DNA of 64,000 nt from Chloroflexota bacterium. Lineage in GTDB: Bacteria; Chloroflexota; Dehalococcoidia; JACPQD01. Positions 57,331-64,000 of this stretch are shown piece after piece (position 1 is the first letter of the stretch; every line of letters starts with the position of its first letter). The position numbers were made by a program, and so were the translations under genes. The stretch is from the NCBI GenBank assembly GCA_016190665.1, contig JACPQD010000036.1, positions 2,976-66,975 of the forward strand, given 5' to 3'. The notes beneath the pieces are model-generated. The model was not told the DNA's origin, ran no database searches, and saw only the letters and a list, made by a program, of their open reading frames with translations.

Positions 57331-60300
57331 ATGAGACAGCTCTTTGACACCCTGCGCGTCCAACTAGTCCTTCTTGTCATTCTGGCGCTCATGCCCGCCC
57401 TCTTCCTGGCCGTGTATACCGCCGCCGCAACGCGCAACCACGAGGTCTTTGAGGCGCGACGTGACGCAGTGCGTCACGCCCGCCAGATAGCTCAGAACCA
57501 CGCTGACTCCGTAGCCGACACCCGCGACCTCCTTCTCACCTTGCCGCTGCTCCGGCCCGTGCGCGAGGCGGATAGCGGCGCCTGCAACAATCTCTTCCCC
57601 AATCTTCTCAAGCAGCTTACCCGTTATGTCAATCTGGGAGTCGCCACGGCGAACGGCCAGCTCTTTTGCAGCAGCGTCCCCGTCACAGCACCCGTCAACC
57701 TGAGCGACGCCACCTACTTCCGGCGCGCCCTGGACAGCCGCACCTTCGCCGCCAGCGACTACCACATCGATCGAGTTACCGGCAAACCGGCGATGGTCCT
57801 CGCCTACCCCTTCCCGGACGAGGGCGCACCGGCAGGCGTGGTATTCGCCGCGCTGGATCTGGAGTACCTGAGCCAAATGCCGCCCGACGCCGAGTTGCCC
57901 AGGGGTGCGGAGGTAACGATAGTCCATCGCAATGGATCCGTTGTCGCCCATTGGCCAGATCCCCAGCTCTGGATAGGCCAGAGAATGGGGGACACGCCCG
58001 TCATCAAAACGATCCTCGCACAGAAGGAAGGCATAGCCGAAGCTGCTGGGCTGGATGGCGTTCCGCGCCTGTTTGCCTTCGCCCCGCTGGGCGATGCTTC
58101 TGAGCTCTACGTAAGCGTAGGCATTCCGACGGAAGCCCTTTTCGCCGAGGCTGACCGCGGCCTGGTTAATAGCCTCGGAATCCTGGCGTTCGTCGGCGTG
58201 GTCGTGTTGGGGCTGGCCCTGACGGGGAGCGACCTCCTCGTGCTGCGCCGGGTGAAGAAACTGGTGAGGGCGGCGACGCGGCTCGGAGCGGGCAATCTCG
58301 ATGCCCGCACCGGCCTCTCCTACCAGGCGGGAGAGCTGGGGCAACTGGCCCACACCTTCGACGAAATGGCCACGCAGCTTCAGCGACGGGAGGCGGAGCG
58401 TCAGGCCGCAGAGGAGACGCTCCGCGCCAGCCAGGAGCGCTACCGCACCTTGATCGAGGCTTCTCCTGATGCCATAGTTGTCGCTGACCTCACGGGGTCT
58501 CCCATTCTGGCCAACCAGAAGGCCGCGACTATGGTGGGAAATAGCAACGCCGCGGAAGTCATAGGCAGGCCCATGACAGATTTCTTCGCCCCGGACGACC
58601 GCGACCGGGCCCAGGAGGTTCTGCGGCAGACGATAGATTTGGGGGAAGTGAGAGATTTCAATATCGATCTCCAGAGAGAAGGCGACGGGGCGACGCCGGT
58701 CGAGATCAATACCGCCCTGATGCGGGATGCTGGGGGGAACCCGCGAGGCTTGCTGGCCATAATTCGGGATGTGACGGAGCGCAGAGAGGCAGAAGAGCGG
58801 GTCCGCGTTGAGGCCGAGCGCACCGCGGCCCTGGTTCGGAGCGCAGCGCGTTTGAACGCCCGCCTGGACATGGACGCCGTGTTGAGCGCTATCTGCGAAG
58901 AAGCGGCGCTAGCCCTGAAAGTCCCGGTGACCTCAGTCTCCCTCTACGACCCCGCAGACGGCGCCCTCCATCTGGTCGAGGCCCACGGCGCGCCACTTGA
59001 TATCTTGAGGCAACTGTCGCCCATACCACGGAGCACCTTCGAAAGAGACGCCAACGAAAGAGGCAAAGTCTTCGTCATCCCGGACTTGGAAGCCCTGCCC
59101 GACCGGTTGGACAGCGCGTTCCCCGCGGAACTACAGGCGCGAACCCTTGCCCTGGCCACCATCGCGAGGGACGACCATCTCATCGGCGCCCTGACCGCCG
59201 TATGCCTGAAGCAGCCCCGCGTCTTCAGCAACAACGAACTGGCGCTGTTGCAGGGCCTGGCTGATCAAGCGGCCCAGGCCATTGCCAATGCCCGTATGGC
59301 TGAGCGGACCAGCCGCCACCTCAAACGGCTGCAGGCTCTTCACACTATCGACATGGCCATAACAAGCAGCCTGGACTTGCGCGTTACCTTGAACGTCTTG
59401 CTGGACCAGGCTACAACACAATTAGGGGCCGACGCCGCCAACGTTCTAATGCTGGAACCGCACACGAATACCCTGGAATATGCCGCCGGACGCGGCTTCC
59501 GCAGCGCGGCTCTAGAACACACACGTTTGCGCCTTGGCCGCGGGCCGTCCGGACGCGCGGCCTTCGAGCGCCGCATTATCAGCGTCCCCAGCCTGGATGC
59601 AGACCCGGAGGCCGCCTCCCTGGCTTCACTGGTGGCGAGCGAGGGGTTTGTCACCTGTTACTCCTCTCCCCTGATTGCCAAGGGCAATGTTAAGGGCGTG
59701 CTGGAACTATTCAAGCGGGTCCCCTTTGAACCCGACGACGAGTGGACGCAATTTCTCGAGGCGCTCTCTACTCAAGCTGCTATCGCGATTGACAACGCCG
59801 GCCTCTTCGATGGTTTGCAGCGCTCTAACGTCGAACTCACCCTTGCCTATGACAACACTCTCGAAGGTTGGTCGCGGGCCCTGGACCTGCGGGACGAGGA
59901 GACCGAAGGCCATTCGCGACGGGTCACGGATATGACTGTCCGGTTGGCGGAGGCCATGGGAATCAGTTGGGAGCAGATGGTTCACGTGCGCCGGGGCGCG
60001 CTTCTGCATGATATAGGTAAGATGGGTATCCCCGACACGATCCTGCTGAAGCCAGGACCGCTGACAAACGAAGAGTGGACGGTTATGCGCCGTCACCCGG
60101 TCCTCGCTCACGAACTCCTGTCGCCCATACCTTTCTTGCGACCCGCTCTGCCCATCCCCTACTGCCATCATGAGAAGTGGGACGGCACAGGCTATCCACG
60201 CGGCCTGAAGGGCGAGCAAATCCCCCTGGAGGCCCGCGTCTTTGCTCTCGTAGACGTGTGCGATGCGCTGGCCTCCGAGCGACCTTACCGGGCCGCCTGG

Positions 60301-60399
60301 CCCTCCGAACTTATCCATGATTACCTTCGCTCCCAGTCCAGGTTGCACTTTGACCCCGCTGTTGTCGATAAGTTCTTCGTTCTCAATTCGCCCTCTTGA
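57331..60399 (+). CDS. HD-GYP phosphodiesterase with dCache, HAMP, PAS and two GAF domains
   Basis: Two TM helices around a Cache domain, ELGQLA..FDEM, PAS ..RDVTER, GAFs, HSRRV, LLHDIGK, HHEKWDGTGYP. Confidence 0.93.
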   Translation: MRQLFDTLRVQLVLLVILALMPALFLAVYTAAATRNHEVFEARRDAVRHARQIAQNHADSVADTRDLLLTLPLLRPVREADSGACNNLFPNLLKQLTRYVNLGVATANGQLFCSSVPVTAPVNLSDATYFRRALDSRTFAASDYHIDRVTGKPAMVLAYPFPDEGAPAGVVFAALDLEYLSQMPPDAELPRGAEVTIVHRNGSVVAHWPDPQLWIGQRMGDTPVIKTILAQKEGIAEAAGLDGVPRLFAFAPLGDASELYVSVGIPTEALFAEADRGLVNSLGILAFVGVVVLGLALTGSDLLVLRRVKKLVRAATRLGAGNLDARTGLSYQAGELGQLAHTFDEMATQLQRREAERQAAEETLRASQERYRTLIEASPDAIVVADLTGSPILANQKAATMVGNSNAAEVIGRPMTDFFAPDDRDRAQEVLRQTIDLGEVRDFNIDLQREGDGATPVEINTALMRDAGGNPRGLLAIIRDVTERREAEERVRVEAERTAALVRSAARLNARLDMDAVLSAICEEAALALKVPVTSVSLYDPADGALHLVEAHGAPLDILRQLSPIPRSTFERDANERGKVFVIPDLEALPDRLDSAFPAELQARTLALATIARDDHLIGALTAVCLKQPRVFSNNELALLQGLADQAAQAIANARMAERTSRHLKRLQALHTIDMAITSSLDLRVTLNVLLDQATTQLGADAANVLMLEPHTNTLEYAAGRGFRSAALEHTRLRLGRGPSGRAAFERRIISVPSLDADPEAASLASLVASEGFVTCYSSPLIAKGNVKGVLELFKRVPFEPDDEWTQFLEALSTQAAIAIDNAGLFDGLQRSNVELTLAYDNTLEGWSRALDLRDEETEGHSRRVTDMTVRLAEAMGISWEQMVHVRRGALLHDIGKMGIPDTILLKPGPLTNEEWTVMRRHPVLAHELLSPIPFLRPALPIPYCHHEKWDGTGYPRGLKGEQIPLEARVFALVDVCDALASERPYRAAWPSELIHDYLRSQSRLHFDPAVVDKFFVLNSPS

Positions 60400-60467
60400 C
60401 ACCCTCCCCTCAAGAATGATAGCATTCTGCCATTCCAGTAGAAGACCAACATTGAAGGGATTACCGA

Positions 60468-62183
60468 ATGTCAGAACCGGTTTATGAGGTTGTGTGGCCC
60501 CTGGGCAAATCGGTCTATGAGACCCTACCCCTCGCGCCTCGCAGCGACGACCTGAGCGGCAAGACCGTCTGCGAGCTCTGGGACTGGCTCTTCCGCGGGG
60601 AGGAGATCTTCCCCATCTTGCGAGAGGCCCTGGCCAGGCGGTACTCCGGCATCAAGTTCGCCGACTATAACATCTTCGGCAACACTCATAGCGCCCGGGA
60701 GAAGGCCATCATCAGCGAACTTCCCAGGCTGCTGCGCGAACGTCAATGCGATGCTGTCATCTCCGCTGTGGGCGCCTGAGGGAGCTGCACGCCCGCCGTG
60801 GTGCGGGCCAGCGCCGTGGCTGAACGGGCCGGCGTCCGGAGCGTCTCTATCGCCGCCTCCGGATTCGTGCAGCAAGGGCGCGCTGTGGCCAAAGCCCTGG
60901 GCGCGGAGAATATAGCTATCGCTGAATATCCCGGCGTCATCATGCTCGACAGCAAAGAGGAACTGCGCCGCAAGGTCGAAGAGGTCCTCGTCGATAGGGT
61001 TGTCAACGGCCTGACCACGTCGGTGGCCGACGCGGCGAGGCCCGTGGAGCCGGGCCCACGCGACATTGTCTTCAAGGGCGCGTTGCCGGAAGTCCTCGAG
61101 CTTTTCTACAAGAATATGTGGACCGAGGGCCTCCCCATCGTCCCGCCGACGCTGGACCTGATCGAGAAGTTCCTCAGGTTCACCGACAGGTCCCCTGACG
61201 AGGTCCTGGGCGTCTTGTTGCCGGAGAACCGTCAGGCCACCATCTGGAATGTGGCTGTTAATGGCGTCATGGCCGGTTGCCGCCCAGAGTACATGCCCGT
61301 CCTCATCGCCGTTGTCGAGGCCATCGCCGACCCGGAATTCCGCATCGAGGACGCAGGCAGCACCCCCGGCTGGGAGCCGCTCATCATCCTCAGCGGGCCG
61401 ATTATCAAGCAGTTGGACTTCAACAGCGGGTCGGGCGTCATGCGGGTGGGGCGTCAGGCCAACACCAGCGTTGGACGTTTTCTCCGCCTATATATGCGGA
61501 ATATCCCCGGACTGCGGATTGCGCCGGGGGCCACGGACAAGGGTAGCATCGCCTATACTTTCAACGTCGTCCTGGCAGAGAACGAGGATGCCGTGGCCGA
61601 GATGGGCTGGCTGCCCTTCAGCGTCGACCGCGGCTTCAAGGCTGGGGATAACGTGGTTACCGTGCAAAGCTGCATCAACATCAGTCCCCCCTGCTACAGC
61701 GGCGGCAGCACCGCCGAGGAACATCTGAAGACCATCGCGGAGATAATCGGGCAGCGCTCCATGGCCTTCTGGACGGCCTTCGCCGCCCATTACACCAAAC
61801 ATTCGCCGCTGTTCGTCCTGGGGCCCAGCGTGGCCCACGTGATCGCCCGGGATGGCTGGACGAAGGACGCCATCCGGCGGTATCTTTATGACAACGTAAA
61901 GGCCCAGGCGGGCTGGCTGGAGGACCTGGCCCACCAGGCGGGCCCCTCCATCTTCAGCTTCTGCAAATGCGTGGAGGAAGGGACCATCTCGCCGGATTTC
62001 TGCCGTTCGACCGATCTGAACCGGCTGGTGCCCGTGTTCCTTAAGCCGGAGTGGATCAACATCGTCGTCAGCGGCGACCCGGGCCGGAACCAGAGCAAAG
62101 GATATGTGCAGAACCAGAAGCAGGGCTGGCCGGTGAGCAAGAAGATTGCGCTGCCCAGGAACTGGGAGCGGATGATAGCCTAG
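60468..62183 (+). CDS. UGSC-family selenoprotein fused to its large partner domain (Sec at TGA 60777-60779)
   Basis: ORFs 60468..60779 and 60798..62183 are in frame: GCC-TGA-GGG-AGC-TGC = A-U-G-S-C. Later WTEGLPIVPPT and AVNGVMAGCRPEY. Confidence 0.9.
60784..60812 (+). promoter_or_regulatory. Putative bacterial SECIS hairpin
   Basis: GCUG-cac-GCCCGC-CGUGGU-GCGGGC-CAGC; the upper stem starts 11 nt after the UGA. Confidence 0.75.
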
Positions 62184-62367
62184 CGAGGAAGAAATCCTCC
62201 TTAGGCCCCTTTACGAAAGGGGGAGAGATCCTCTCCCTTTACCAAAGGGAGATCGAGAGGGATTCGTTGCAGGGTACTTCCTTTTGGACTGCGGCGGCTT
62301 GCCGCCGCTTTTGAAAGCGCAGGCTTGCCTGCGCAGTCCACATTACTGCATAACTAGGAGGTCTTCC

Positions 62368-64000
62368 ATGTACAGGAAAGCGTTTATCGCCCTAACCATC
62401 CTGGGTCTGCTGCTATCGAGCTGCGCCCCCGCGGCGGCGCCAACCCCCAAACCCGCACCGCCCACCAGCGCGCCGCCCAAGCCGGCAGCGACCGCGCCCG
62501 CTGCAAGCCCGGCAGCCCCCGCCCCGACACCCAAGCCCGCCGCTGATCAGTCCCGCTATGGCGGCATCCTCAACCGGGCCAACTATGAGGACCCGCCCAG
62601 CTTTGACTTGCAACAGGAACAGACCGCTCCCGCTTCGCTGGCGCTGTTCAACGTCTATCAGGGACTGGCGCGCCAGCACCCCGTCGATCACGACAAGACA
62701 GTGCCCGAGCTAGCGGAGAAATGGGAAGTCAGCCCGGATGGCACCTCCTACACCTTCAAGTTCCCCAGGGGCATCAAGTGGCATGACGGCACGCCCTTCA
62801 CCGTGGAGGATGTCAAGTACAGCCTGGACCGAATGCGGACCCCTAGGGAATTCAAGGCCAGGTCGCCGCGTGGAGAGGCCCTCCTGGCGGCTGTAGACAG
62901 GTCCGAGGTCCTGGGCGAAGACAGCATTAAGATGACGCTGAAGTACCCCAGCGCTTCCTTCCTGCTTAACATCTCCACTGGATGGGTCGTTGTCGAGCCG
63001 AAACACATCCTGGTCGCCAAAGGCGACATGAAGACGGACCTGGTGGGCACGGGTCCCTTCAAGCTTAAGCAGTATATGCCAAACGTCAGCCTGGAGCTGG
63101 TGAAGAACCCGGACCACCACATCAAAGGCTTGCCCTATCTGGATGGGATTAAGATGTTTACCATTAAGGATGATTCCAGCCGCTTCGCCGCCTTCCGCAC
63201 CGGCCAGGTGAAGATGACGGCTCAAGGCTCCAAAAGCATGACGCCGACCCAGGCTGAGATCGTGCGCAAGGACATGGCGGGTGTGGCGGAAGTTTATCTG
63301 CACTCCGCTCAGTCCCGCTTCACCATCATGATGAACCTGGAAGTTGAGCCATGGAACAACGTGAAAGTGAGGAAAGCGGTGGACCTGGCCCTCGATCGCC
63401 AGGCGGCCATCAAGGTCAACGGCAAGGGGGTCATCGGCGGGCACTTCGACCCTCTGGGGCCGTGGGGCATGAAGGAGGCCGAAGTTGTCAAGCTGCCCGG
63501 CTTCCGCCAGCCGAAAGACGCCGACATTGCAGAAGCCAGAAAGCTTATGGCCGAAGCCGGCCAGGCCAGCGGTTTCAAGACGAAGGTGGTCTCCCCAGTC
63601 GGCGGAGCTCAGGAGCGCATGGCGGTGGTAGTCAAAGACCAACTGGCGAAGATCGGCATTGCGGCTGAACTCCAACCTGTGGAGTCGGCGGTCCTCGTAG
63701 ATCGACTCCGGAAGAGGAACTTCGAGGTCGTCTCCTATAGCTACGCAGATTCCACTGGCGACCCCACCGAGGTCATGGACCTCTTCTACGTCACCGGGGC
63801 CGGCCAGAACTACAGCGGCTTCAGCGACAAAGAGGTGGACGGACTCGCCGCGAAGCAGGCCCGCGCCATCGATGAGAGAACACGTCGGGCAACGCTGGCC
63901 GAATTGGAAAAGAAACTGAACGATCTGGTCCCCTGGGTTATCAACCTGTGGGACCTGCGCCTGGCCGGCGCGTGGGCGGAAATCAAGAATTTCAAGCCAG
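62368..64000 (+). CDS. ABC transporter substrate-binding lipoprotein, family 5 (3'-truncated by window edge)
   Basis: AGGAGG RBS, MYRKAF...LSSC lipobox, Ala/Pro linker, KWHDGTPFT, VGTGPFK. Absent from the ORF track because it has no stop in the window. Confidence 0.9.
   Translation, partial: MYRKAFIALTILGLLLSSCAPAAAPTPKPAPPTSAPPKPAATAPAASPAAPAPTPKPAADQSRYGGILNRANYEDPPSFDLQQEQTAPASLALFNVYQGLARQHPVDHDKTVPELAEKWEVSPDGTSYTFKFPRGIKWHDGTPFTVEDVKYSLDRMRTPREFKARSPRGEALLAAVDRSEVLGEDSIKMTLKYPSASFLLNISTGWVVVEPKHILVAKGDMKTDLVGTGPFKLKQYMPNVSLELVKNPDHHIKGLPYLDGIKMFTIKDDSSRFAAFRTGQVKMTAQGSKSMTPTQAEIVRKDMAGVAEVYLHSAQSRFTIMMNLEVEPWNNVKVRKAVDLALDRQAAIKVNGKGVIGGHFDPLGPWGMKEAEVVKLPGFRQPKDADIAEARKLMAEAGQASGFKTKVVSPVGGAQERMAVVVKDQLAKIGIAAELQPVESAVLVDRLRKRNFEVVSYSYADSTGDPTEVMDLFYVTGAGQNYSGFSDKEVDGLAAKQARAIDERTRRATLAELEKKLNDLVPWVINLWDLRLAGAWAEIKNFKP

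Noticed and set aside
5420-60399. Other TGA stops as Sec codons (5422, 23709, 30340, 38079, 60399)
   Set aside because: They fall at natural C-termini or overlap the next start codon, with no conserved continuation noticed.

Overview
GC-rich bacterial chromosomal window, probably from an anaerobic Chloroflexota (Dehalococcoidia-like) organism. The lineage is inferred from the Ala/Pro-linker family-5 lipoproteins, the integrase remnant and the intergenic repeat types. Housekeeping genes include rpsO-pnp-dapB-asd-dapA, queD, a class A PBP and a YifB/ComM ATPase. There is also a catabolic cluster (solute-binding proteins, atypical M19 dipeptidase, two family-III CoA-transferases, double-hotdog dehydratases), a corrinoid/UroD-family methyltransferase trio, an Nramp-related plus MgtE-domain transporter pair, an HD-GYP sensor and two restriction-modification-type cassettes. 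The main signal missed by the ORF track is in-frame UGA recoding. Two UGSC-family selenoprotein genes (UGAC at 2166, UGSC at 60777) and a rhodanese-like gene with two in-frame UGAs in a U-T-U motif (35807-35815) each have a GU-loop hairpin starting 11-13 nt after the (last) UGA. The UGSC module occurs three times: split with Sec, split with no redox residues, and fused with Sec. This suggests an uncharacterised two-subunit selenoenzyme family linked to acyl-CoA catabolism. Intergenic DNA holds many miniature elements: GTAG REP-like hairpins that overlap stop codons, a CTAG-flanked MITE and palindromic/heptamer repeats. No rRNA, complete tRNA, CRISPR array or sel machinery genes were recognised.
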